This document shows, piece after piece, positions 25,348 through 36,870 of a stretch of DNA of 64,000 bases. Every line of letters begins with the position of its first letter. Position 1 is the stretch's first letter. Below the pieces are notes generated by a model. That model was not told the DNA's origin and did not search any database. It saw nothing but the letters and a program-made list of their open reading frames with translations. This DNA is from Perna viridis (Eukaryota): assembly GCA_037379345.1 (NCBI GenBank), contig CM074524.1, positions 7,165,635 to 7,229,634 of the forward strand, in the 5' to 3' direction. The position numbers and the translations under genes are program-made.

Positions 25348-26288
25348 CTGCAAAATTTATGTGTGTTTAATCATATTGTTTACAAAGAAAACAGCTCTGA
25401 ATGATTTTAGCCTTTTACAATACCTGAATGGTGCGAGCTTCTCACTCATTGGTATATGAGGCAAAAAGGGATTGGCCCTTGGAAACGAGATCTTTGGTAT
25501 TCAGAAAATGTAGTAATTTGGCTCATAAACAAGCTATTTTTTTAAATTAATTTAGTAAAATGTAATTCAGTATACTCTTTATTATGTATGTGTGGATATT
25601 GAAAATTAATGTGGTACGGGTCATGGTGGATGGATAATAAGTGATATGTCATGGGACAATTAGGGATTGGGTATTGAGGCATGCAGCATAGAAAATGCGA
25701 CTGTGGGAGAATGGAGATGTTGGAAGTTAACCTCATATAAGATCTGTTACAATGACAGTATCAAAACAGAACAAAACGTCATACCAAAAAGTCTAGAAAT
25801 TACCAAAAACCCTCAAGTTATGCACTCGTTCTCCGTTTCCACTTTGGATCATGAACTGATGAGTTTTGGTATCATATCTAAATTTTCATTTTGTAAGGAA
25901 ATTCATGATTTGAAAGAACCACGAAAACCCCAAAAATTGTACCCCATAGTTTTGTTAATACATTCAGTGCAGTTAATTAATTAAAACGTAACTATTTTCG
26001 TTGGATTCAGTAAGAGCTGAATAAAAAGATCTTATGAACAACAAATATAAACAATCTGTTGAAATATCCGGTGATTCCCTAGACTTTCAAAGCACCAGGG
26101 ATAACACTCATTTTTATAAGGGTTCGTACTGATTCTAGTTTGGATTTCTGTTGTTTCATACGCTTCACTTTCGTATGTGTGTCATTTTTATTGTTTCCGA
26201 TGGTGTTTGTTTCAAGGATTGTGTACAATCGGTAATGATACGTTTTCTAATTACGCGTGATAGTTGAATATTGTGTAGATACATTTAA

Positions 26289-26478
26289 GGAGGTAGGCCT
26301 AGACTTAGGGACATAACTCTTGAAATCAGTAATAATTTTGAAACATGTTAAATTTCATCAAAATCTGTCAGTCATGCATTAATACCAAAATCAAATCGAT
26401 CTTAGTTACATAGATGGTTACATGAGATTAATGTAAAATTTGTGTACATAAATTTTCCAATGATGAGTTATGCCCCTA
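26289..26478. mobile_element. Diverged partial copy of the TTAA MITE
   Basis: ttaa|ggaggtaggcctagacttagggacataactc..gagttatgcccct. Confidence 0.75.
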
Positions 26479-27589
26479 TTTTCCAAACATTAACAATGGG
26501 GGTTACGCTATGACACGTTAAAAATGATACATTTCAATATAATTTTCAATTTTTGATTAAATATAGCTTAATATGCTCAATCTACAACTGAAAATAACGT
26601 CCTTGGTAAAAAAAGTTATTATTTCAGTTTTTAGAAATGAATCTATTGCAATCTTTTTAGAAAATCTTCTTTGCGTTGAAACTGTGTTTTCAATTGGTTG
26701 TAATCGTTATTCTTTAAAAAAAATGAACATTTCAATAATTTAAACCTCCACTGCATTTTCACAAAATGAAAATTCTTCGTATTCAGTGGAGGAAGTTTGA
26801 ATAAAAGCTAACTCTGTACTAACAAAATTTTTGTACCTAAATCAAAGGCTAACAAAACGTCGTCTTTTAACATCAACCAATTAGAGATGATGTCGTTATT
26901 GTAAAAAACAATATTTTGTATTAATTGCAAACTGTTATTTTCTATTATGGTTTTCAACATGTTAACTAAAAACTGCAAAAAAACTTCATTTTTTGCCTTT
27001 CAAGGGCAACCACTCTAACAAGTAGTCGTGTGTTTTGATACAACTTTAGTGATGTATATCATAAAACATAATTTAGGATAAAAAAGTGAAATAGTTATTT
27101 TTACAAAATCGGAAAAATATACTGTAAATTTGTGACATTTATACCACTAGAACATTGGTGTCCTTGAATACTCTTCAAGAACTTCCTTGAGATATGTTTC
27201 GATTTCAAGTTTAAAATTACTTTTTGATATAAATGAAAATAACCTGTCATTTCTTTGTGCAATTGTCTAAATAATCGAAAGGGCACCAAATTATCAAATA
27301 AAAAAAAATGTATATTGTCTACTTGCTGGAGAGTATTGCAAAAGTTATATGACCCAATGAAATACGCGCTGTCAGCAAGCTTCCCAACAATACTTTTATT
27401 TTAAAAAAATTAATTTTGTATTATTGCATTGATAGTTAAATTTATATAAAGTTTTTTTTATTTTTAAGAAAGATTGTATTGTGTTTTATATTAATAATTT
27501 TCAAGTTTCAACTTTTTATGTGTTCTTTTATGATAATATAAATAATGATGATTTATAAACGCCCCCCAAAAAGCAACCATCAATACTGT

Positions 27590-27810
27590 TATTTTAAAGG
27601 GGGCGAACAAAAAATCCCGGCTCAGTTTACCTGGCATTAAAAGACAAACTACTCTAGTATATCCTAAGAACATTCATTCCAATTTGAATTTCAATCCATC
27701 TGTTAGTTTTACATGAGAAAATATTTGAACATCAATTTAGAGACGACAATTCACAACTGACGCCAAGTGATGGCATAGCTCATATACCCTTCGACATGGT
27801 AAGCAAAAAT
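27590..27810 (+). mobile_element. Helitron/Helentron-derived non-autonomous element 3' end
   Basis: gacgccaagtgatggcatagctcatatacccttcgacatggtaagcaaaaat resembles the subterminal hairpin end of bivalve HINE-type elements (recognised from memory, not searched). Confidence 0.5.
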
Positions 27811-28300
27811 AAGTTTGAGCAATTAAATAAGGAAACTTAATTACTTTTGATGTCGATACTAATATCTCACCCACATGATACTGTTTAATTTACAGTCAAA
27901 AGCAACAGTTATTTAGTTTATCGGTAACCCAACTTTTTTAATTTTTAATCGCTTTGATGTACATTCAGTTCATGGGCTACTTTTGTTGCACACAACTTCT
28001 AGAAGTGCGGCTACACGCAGTTTATGCGTTATGGCATTTTCAAAACTCTAAAGAAGGTTTTAAGAAATTACAATCCCTCCAAATGTTTTGACCGATATTT
28101 TCGAATATATTGTCATGTACGAGAGATACAGACTTTTCTGTCACTAAGATATAAGGGACAAAGTACAAAATAGCCGCAATCTTTTTTGATTGAAATAGTG
28201 CAAAAGTGAGCTGAGAATTGTATTTGATAAATTATACATGGTTAATGGTAGGAATCTTCTAGTCTGAATACAGAAATTGCAATTCTTATATTAAACTTAC

Positions 28301-28518
28301 AGAGTAGAAACATTTTGTTGAATTCCCACTGGTACTTTTGTCATCGACTTTTCTTTACAGTCGACCTCCAGTTGGTTATTGTTGAATGTACAATTACAAT
28401 TTGGACCTGAATCGTTAGTACACAAGTCCACAGCCTGTACCTGTTGTGCAGAGATCATTAACGAAATCATTATCCAAGCATCCGATGTCAATAGAATGGT
28501 ATAACCGACTTTCATCAT
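28301..28518 (-). pseudogene. aGPCR exon 1: signal peptide + LRRNT
   Basis: MMKVGYTILLTSDAWIMISLMISAQQVQAVDLCTNDSGPNCNCTFNNNQLEVDCKEKSMTKVPVGIQQNVSTL; phase-2 donor CT|gtaagt. Confidence 0.85.
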
Positions 28519-28841
28519 GATATATATTGCTTCTCTTATTGTTAAACAATGGAGTTCAGGACAGTCGTTGTCTAAAAATATTGTCAAAATCAAAAAGGTA
28601 GAACCGTATACAGTTGTAAAATGCAATCAGTCATATTCCATTTTTTTGGAACATTCAAACGTTAATTTAGGAATGCATGACAGTGAAAAAGTTTCAAAGG
28701 TTTAACAGAAGGTCGGAAGAGGTCTATATGGGTAACTTTCAAGTCAAATTTATCTGAAAACCGATTTTTATTTGAATGATCAACTCACATCAATATTAAC
28801 TCCGTTATATCAATATTTTCAATTCAGGTGAAGATTATATT

Positions 28842-29042
28842 CAGGCGCGTAGCTGAGGCCAAATTAAAGTGTAGGCAAAATTACGGCAGGGGGTCTGGGG
28901 GCCGCTTAATGCCCCCCCCCCCCGAAGATAGCGTTTTAGAACATCATTTATGCCTCTCCTGGATGTATTTTATTTCCAAAAAAAAATTGGCAAAATTAAG
29001 TGCAGGCAAAAGCTTTTTTGTATAATGGCAGCTACGCACCTG
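28842..29042. mobile_element. GC-rich MITE with CAGG termini (hAT-like)
   Basis: TIR caggcgcgtagctg / cagctacgcacctg; atatt on both flanks; internal ggggtctgggggccgc..gccccc. Confidence 0.72.
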
Positions 29043-30888
29043 ATATTATGTAATTTCTTATGAAATACGTTTGGCGTTATGGTTAAAACACAATATAACA
29101 CTCAGCGAAATATTTTACATTCAATTTTAAAGTTTAAATTGAATCTTCATAAATGCAGTAGCCTAATGTACAAAGTCTTTCGTTTCACAGTTTTACTGAA
29201 TGTACTATTAGAATAAACGTTTTGTTTAATTGGGTATGCACACATAAAAGTGTAACCCTTTAATGCGTAAGAATATATATTATTATAGTTATTTCAAAAT
29301 TAATAATTTTACTTATGTATTATCCGTATAACTGTTCTAAATGTATGTCATTATTAAAAAAATGTATAAAAACATTTCCGTCTATTTCTTTTGTAAGCTT
29401 CCAAGAACTACAGATCACCCCGTTCAAACTAATAATAATTACACTCCTTTAAAATAAATGGTAGTCGTGGTTTTTAAATATTTCAAAAAAAATACACAAT
29501 TATTATCTTGTCATTTTAAGCGTATTTTCTTCCCTAATATGACATCACACTTCTATTGTAGACAACATCTCTTGAAACAACAACGATATTTTGAACATAA
29601 ATATAAAAATGAAACAATACCTAAAGAGAAATGTCTGATTTGGGACAGACGCAAAAAATGCGGTGGGGTAATATATGCCCATCAATCAATCCAAGATGAG
29701 AATTCCATTAAAAAATATAAGGAACTTGATTCAAACATAATATTATATTTCCCCATTGACATTAAGGAATAAACATTGTCAGTTCAACGGTCTTTAATGA
29801 ACGACGAGGAAACTCTCACACCACAGGGAAGGCTACAGCTGGCCCCAAAACAACATTATACACAGGTACAGAGAAATGCACTTGGTTAAGGTACTTAGTC
29901 TTTCTGAGTTATTTGCCTTAGAACATTTGATTAAAATGATATTTTATTTTATACGCAAGTGTACGTAATTAGTTTTATATAACCTTAAAAAAATCCCCAA
30001 AGATAGGCAAAGGTTAAATACAAATAATTTCGAACTAGATTATCGGTGTTGCATGTATCAATGGGTAATATTGTTTAGTTCATGGTATCCAATTTAGAAC
30101 GAAATTTTGCAGGATAATCATGGTGTCAGTTTTGAAGGATGTACTTTTTGTTATTAATAACACTTCATTATTAGAAGTAAAGCAGCTTTTTTACTGGCGG
30201 TACTTCAACTTTGGCCTGTTCGGTTTTTTAGTTTAATGGACCAAACGCGTTATGTAGGCAATATGTAAGAGTAAACTCCCCTTTGGTACTGTAAATTATA
30301 AAGACATCCGATAAAAATTGAACTTGTTGTTCTTTCTTTATTTATTTTCATGTTTCGTCTGTGAAATAAGTTCAACAACCAATCATAACTTACAAAAACG
30401 TTATACGCTAATTAGATTGGAACTATTATCCGATAAAAATGGACAGATCTTGCTCATAGTAGCTAAATACAAAAGGTGGATGTCAAAGAAAGGTGATTCT
30501 GCTTTAAGAAATGATCTTACACCTGATAAATATGTTTTAACCTGGCTTTACCTAATCCCTTTGGTAGTGAATAATTTGTTTGGTTAAGACTCTGTTAACA
30601 CAGTTTCCAAAACTAATATCATTGTCATATGTCATGAATGGACTTCAGAAAAAACTTTGGTTAAGACATGGTTCGATTAACACAGGTTTCACTTAATTGC
30701 AAAGGTTTTGATAAACTTGGAGAAGAAATATAGCTATATATACTTGTCCCTGCTTGCAAAATGTGCCATATTCCAGTGGGGTCTAGGTTATAACATACCT
30801 TTCGTTTATGCAGCTATTATGGTAACAACCAAGTCCAATAAATGAAAATTCCACCATTGATATTTATAAATTTATTATTAAAATTATA

Positions 30889-30977
30889 AGTATTATGTAA
30901 TATAAACACGGATACTGAGTATTATGTAATATAAACACGGATACTGAGTATTATGTAATATAAACACGGATACTGAC
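30889..30977. repeat. 29-bp x 3 perfect tandem repeat
   Basis: agtattatgtaatataaacacggatactg x3. Confidence 0.95.
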
Positions 30978-31832
30978 TGAATTATTTTACTTCATTCTTA
31001 CTGTTTAATATGCCCAAGATCAAAGTTTTATTCGAAAAGAAATTGTGTCTGAAATCTGCGAATCACCTTTATGACTGAATTCATGTTGTTCAATACAGGA
31101 TCAATTTCCTTGAAATTCATCTTAGTTTTCAATATGGTATTAATGGCATCACGATAAAATTACTTAAACATTAAGTTTTCTTAACACTATAATTCTGAAT
31201 TCGGTCTGCCAAAAACTATAAAATTTCAGTATCAAGTGTGCCCGTTGGACCATTTTGGCTTGATTTGATAGCCGTTGTTCAAGTATGTTGTTATGAGGTA
31301 TACGCGTTTGTTCATTTGCGCCATTTCTATTACCAATTCGTATAACTATATCTGTAGACATTGAAAGAAATTCCAAAATCAACGTAGATTCTCCCAGTTA
31401 ATCTCACAGGTATAAAGATCGCTATATATCATAATACGGGTTAGACAAAGACGGTTGACATCGACAATCCACTTAGGAATAGAGCAGTATATAGATCCTA
31501 CACGTATTAATGAAAGTACAAGGGAAGTTGAATAAGCTTTGATTCTTTGAAAATACATAATTTTTATTATTTTTAACATAAGAATTATTTGTTATTCATT
31601 TTTCCTAATTTACTCTATAGACACTGAATCCTTTTTTCTTAAAAAGTATTTAAATTTGAATATTTAACACAACTGTATTTAAAGGGAAGTTAGTTGTGCC
31701 CTTGTGCTTTTATGTAGTTTAAAACTCATAATCAGTTGGTTTTTTTAGATAAAATCTAACTTTTAACTATCCGTATATAAATGTGTACAGACAAAAGTAA
31801 TTGTTTAAAACACAACCAAATCATTCCGTTTG

Positions 31833-31975
31833 TAAGAGTAATCAAGGGAACCAAGATTCTAGCGGAAATCTGAAGAATATAATCCAGTCATTGAAAACAG
31901 ACACACACCACAAAGAGCATAGAATTACGAAAATAGTACTTGCAGAGCATCAAAAATAAACAAGCAACTCGGACT
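31833..31975 (-). mobile_element. PLE 3' end fragment
   Basis: aagagtaatcaagggaaccaag..agcaactcggact. Confidence 0.78.
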
Positions 31976-34695
31976 TCATTCGATGTTTTTGGTAAGAATA
32001 TTCACGTGACATTTAAACGAATATAATTTATGAACCTGTTTTTTTATATGACAAGTTGATTTTGCATTTGTGCATGGAATACCATGTACATTGGCGTTAC
32101 CCAGCACTCCACAGTTTGGTTTAGTTTCGCATTGTTGGCTAGGGATGAAAAATGACATAAATGGAAACTGGTGGTTACTATAGTAATTAAAAATGCAAAA
32201 TCCATTGTTGATAAAAGGGGACTTTTAGAAGTATTTTTGCAATGTCTCATATATTTTCAATGTTGAAGTGGCTTTTTTTTTCATTAACAATTTGACTTCA
32301 TTGTGAAAATAAAAGTAAATCATTTTTACCTTGCTAAATTTGATAAGTGGATTATAAAGTAAAGTAGCTAAGAATCTAACAGGTTATGTTCATATGAGGA
32401 AGGGGTTTTCCAAGGAAAAAGTTTGAACAGTTTCAGATCATGAAATAAAACATTTAAGACATTTTACGGGAAATTTAATATTTTTAAACCTGATTTTATC
32501 AACTTTTTTGCAAATTTATGCATGGTTTCTATGGTAATCCTATTTTTTGTGGGTAATATTTTCCCGAAAATTTTACTGCAATCTGAAGGCCTTGACTTGA
32601 GCTATTCCTAGACATATAGCTTTAGAGATGCTTGACAATTGTTTAAAGTGTAATAAATGTTACAAAGCATCAGATAACAAGATGCAATTCTACAATACTG
32701 TGGAGTGCTGGCTTAATGTTTGAAATTCAATAAAAGAAAACCCCCTTTTAAAATTGGCCGAAAGACTTAGCGTCAATTTACGACATACATTTTGTCATAA
32801 AATATGCTAGACTGTGATAGATTTTTTTTAGTGATTACAACATAAAACTGTTTTTAAAAACTGTAATTTTGACGCAAAAATTAAGTATATCATTTCGGAG
32901 CTTTGTGACGGTCCTTGTTCTATTGAGTCTAATTGATGCCAAATTTCCGCAAGCGGCAGTTATTAAGCTCCCGCCTTGAGACGGGTAAGGCAGTGGGATA
33001 TTAATGTATTATAATATATATATATATATATTTCAATTTCCTTACATTAATTTCCTATTATTCGTTACAATGAGTACATTTTGCATTAATTGAAGAAAAT
33101 GTTGATGTCATTTGTTATCCTTCTCATTTACATATCTTAAAACTTCGTAAATATTATATCCATTGGTTTCTGTTAAAAGTAATAATAATCGTATCAACAA
33201 TGAACTCTACATGTACGTACTTATTGTATTTTTCCTTTTGTACTTGGAAAACATTGAAGACAGCAGTGATGTGTCTTTCTGTACTTAAGCATAAGAAATA
33301 TCAGGGACTCTTAACTGCTTATCTTGAAGATGTTTTCTCTCATGGTCATACCATATAGCTAAGGAGACAATGATAACACATGATTTGTATATTTGTCTCT
33401 TCACTGTTGATTCTATTTTCAGCGGAACAATCTGGATGATCCCCGAACTTTACACTACTTTGCGGAACGGAGGACAAATAACTTTTTTGCGTATAGATTT
33501 TAAATGCGTGGGAGTAAAGATTCTTTACAGAGATAATATTTGACTGTACTAAATCGAGACTGCCCAACATGTCTTTTTTCTCATATTTACATCAGGCGCT
33601 GAAGCTAAACTTGATACCAATCCACAGATCCTCTTTAGCCAGAAGGAAAACAAATTCTCACTTTGTATGCGTATATAACTCACACAAATAATGTAAAATA
33701 AAACGCCAAGATGAAACTGTTGCTTAGTTTATTCAACATTTACTAATTGAATACCCATATAACGTCCTGTATTTCTTTGTAAACGAAAATAAATTTTACT
33801 TTTTGATTTTGTTTAAAACGAAGATGAAACAAATTGTTGTAATTGAAAACAAATGGTTAAAAAATTAGTGTAGTAAAAGGAGGTAATTTCATTTCTTCTA
33901 TAGTAGGCGCTACAGAGCCTCATGTACCCTCATCCATAGCGCATTTCAAAAGATAAAGAATTTAATGTGATAATGTGATTAAGGAATGCAAAGCGGTTTA
34001 TAAAAAGTGTTAACTGGACCAAACTAGGTAATTAAACATAATTTGTACAAAAATTAGAAGCATTTCTTATAATTTAATTTCTAAAGGGTGATAGTACAAA
34101 TATTAATAATTGACTCGTAATTAAAACGTTATTGTGTTTCTGATTATTGAAACCGCAGACTGTGGAACAATCGACGTTTATGACGCCAAAGTACCAAGCC
34201 ATGCTACACAAAATTACATGTTTTGCTCAAAGAGATCTGGCGAATCAGCAACTAAAAAATCAATTAAAATTTAAAAAAAGAAGTGCAACGTGAAACAAAT
34301 AAAGATACTACATGAATCAGGTCAAAGAATAAAATAAAATAAACATTCCTATCTTTTGGACGTGTATGTACAATTATTGCTGGTTCAAAATTCTGCTAGC
34401 TCTGCTATCTATGTGGTTTTGTCGTCAATAACAATTGAACATTCTATTTTGTTCTTGATTAATAATATATAACTGGTGAATTCTCGGCCTAATCGGTCCG
34501 TTATTGATCTGCAAAAAAATCTAGTACATTTCAATTACATCTTTTTTCAATTTGAAGAAAAAGAACAGAGAAACAACAAATTGATAATGTATATTTTTTA
34601 CCTTTATCATCAATTGTTCCGATTTTTAAGACTAAATTGAAGACTTTGATGTTTGTATTTACAAGAAGTAGTATCAATATCTGTGGATGCAAACG

Positions 34696-35073
34696 TGGAA
34701 AATCCGTTGACATTCTTTGACGAGACAACACAATGGGAAACCCTTTGACATTTTTTACAAGACAATTTATTGGAAATCCGTTGACACCTTTTGACAAGAC
34801 AACTCCTTTGGAAATCTGTTGACACCCTTTGACACGGCCATTCTTTTTTAAAATCATTTGACAGCCTTTGACAAGACAACTATTTTGAAAATCTTTTGAC
34901 TGACTTTGACAAGACAAGTCCTTGGAAAATCATTTGACACCTTTTGGCAAGACAACTTATTGGTAAATCTGTTGTTGTCCTCTAACAAGAGAACTCATTG
35001 GGATTAGTTCGATATCCTTTGACATGACAATTTCTTGGGAAATCCCTTGACATATTTTGACAAGACAACTCCT
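34696..35073. repeat. Degenerate ~37-bp minisatellite (~10 units)
   Basis: ggaaatccgttgacaccttttgacaagacaactcctt variants. Confidence 0.85.
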
Positions 35074-35681
35074 TGTACACCATCTTCAACACAAGAAGAA
35101 CATAACATACAGCTATAAGAACAAAGAAATACAGCTTATCAAATTAAAATTCCATAATTTTGTGAATATGCAAGAATCTATGTGACATTAGAGAACTCTA
35201 CAGACTAAATGATGCCAAGTATAGTGCCTGGTATGCACTTAGGAGTTCCTGCCAGACCATAAAACTATAAATGAGACAAATTCGCTTTGGTTACATTTGC
35301 TTTTCAAGAGAGATTGAAAAACACTGTACACTTTCACCGTTTAAAAACAAGCAACCACTCAAAGACTAATCACTCTAGCGCCAACTGCTCATATTGCTGT
35401 ATAAATTAACTCAACGGTCATTCTTATCAGGGTAATTTACGTACGCTACCCATTGTGTTTCTCAGGAAATGACCGTAAATCATCCAACCCCAGTAATAGA
35501 CAAACCATGAATACGACGTTGAAACTTTAAAACCTGCATTATGGGTTAAACGCGGTTCTTGTACATGAGACTTTTTGTCTTCTAAACTATGCTGGTGATA
35601 ATAAAATGAAAGTACATATCAACGTCCACTGACGTACTTTTCTCATTAACAAAGCGTCTGTTTGCATAGATGTACAGACAG

Positions 35682-35713
35682 TATATAAAAGCAGAGCCCA
35701 CGCAAAGTCATTC
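35682..35713 (+). promoter_or_regulatory. Candidate TATA + Inr core promoter
   Basis: TATATAAAAG at 35682 and TCATTC at 35708-35713 (28 nt from TATA start to the A); TGACGTA half-CRE at ~35630. Confidence 0.35.
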
Positions 35714-36140
35714 CTTCGTTACCAATGAATACAAATAAGCCATCATTAGAATATTTCAGTGTGATCAAATAGTATATAATGCAATAATAATATATTGTTT
35801 CTCTAATACAGGTCCGTCACTTTCAAGATAAATTTCTGGGTCAATTGATTAGGAAACGTCAATTAAGTAAAGACACTGTCTGTTCCACGCACTGTGGTGG
35901 TCACTTTCAGCTGTTGAAAATGACGCGTCTGGGTAATGTTTTGAATTATATAATAGCTTTAGAACGTTAGTACGTTGTCGCACAAGGAGATTTAATTAAT
36001 ACGGAAATTATCCTAAAGAAAAAAAACGAAATAGTAGCTGTTGATCTATCAGTTAGATACAGACATATATTGCTCACGAGAAGTTCATTAAACCGAGCTT
36101 CACATGATATTCATATACACTTAACTAAAAACTAAAGTTT

Positions 36141-36143
<3 letters not shown>

Positions 36144-36216
<73 letters not shown>
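36144..36216. repeat. (TA)n microsatellite
   Basis: Perfect TA run of about 36 units. Confidence 0.98.
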
Positions 36217-36218
<2 letters not shown>

Positions 36219-36735
36219 TTTTTTCAAGAAATTCATTTCGCATGGTTTTGACTGAAATTCACATTTTAGGCATATGTGAAGGCTCAGTTCATGTAATGTC
36301 TTCTAAAAGGTCAGTCCGACTACAAATTATGAAATCCAATATTTGATAAATTGTTAACAATGTCAACTTTTTTTATTATCAACTGAGCTTGATAATCAAT
36401 AATCGTTCGATTAGTTACCGATAAGCGATTGATAATCACGATAATCACTATAACCAATTAGGTGTGTCTTGGTGTGATGGATTCTTAACAATTGCAAAAA
36501 TGTGACGGTACGATTATTTACTGACAAACAGATTAACAAGCGTTAGAAAATAAGATGAAAACAATCATTCAAAACTAGAAAGTTTACATTGAAGGAATAA
36601 TTACTTGTTTATTCGTAACAAAAATATCTATATAAAGAGTACATTTCAAATCCAAGTGCTAGAAGCTCATGGAAATCAGTAAACATTATTGAAAGATTGG
36701 TTAACTATGAAAATCAAACATTTTTTCAACGTATG

Positions 36736-36870
36736 AAAGAGTAATCAAGGGAACCAAGATTCTTGTGGAAATCAGAAGAATGTGAACCAGGGACAAAGAT
36801 ATGGCATGGAAAACACAAACACGACAAAGAGCATAAAGAAACTAAAATAATACATACAAAGTAACAAAAA
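36736..36870 (-). mobile_element. PLE 3' end fragment
   Basis: aaagagtaatcaagggaaccaag..catacaaagtaacaaaa. Confidence 0.78.

Larger units (their letters stand above)
1455..28518 (-). pseudogene. Adhesion GPCR pseudogene (SP-LRRNT-LRR-LRRCT-Ly6/uPAR-SEA-HormR-GAIN/GPS-7TM); remaining TM exons not found in window
   Basis: 20 exons assembled by splice sites and phase: 28518-28301, 25347-25276, 21268-21197, 19912-19859, 18938-~18797, 18294-18185, 17236-17051, 16230-16115, 15409-15341, 13200-13058, 12374-12248, 10839-10724, 9151-8921, 8610-8442, 7718-7584, 6566-6426, 5703-5554, 3762-3646, 2633-2510, ~1592-1455. Diagnostic motifs: GPS CECNHFTNFALLM, TM1 ISYIGCGVSLLGL, TM2 PSKILINLC, TM3 WMLVEAFYMY. 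Several frameshifts, an in-frame TAG and lost splice sites. Confidence 0.88.

Noticed and set aside
31164-33570. Possible small minus-strand gene from ORFs at 33570-33346, 32250-31976 and 31382-31164
   Set aside because: Splice phases are incompatible (immediate stop on joining) and there is no recognisable domain.
34531-34917. Repetitive Cys/Lys-rich ORFs
   Set aside because: Translation of the ~37-bp minisatellite.
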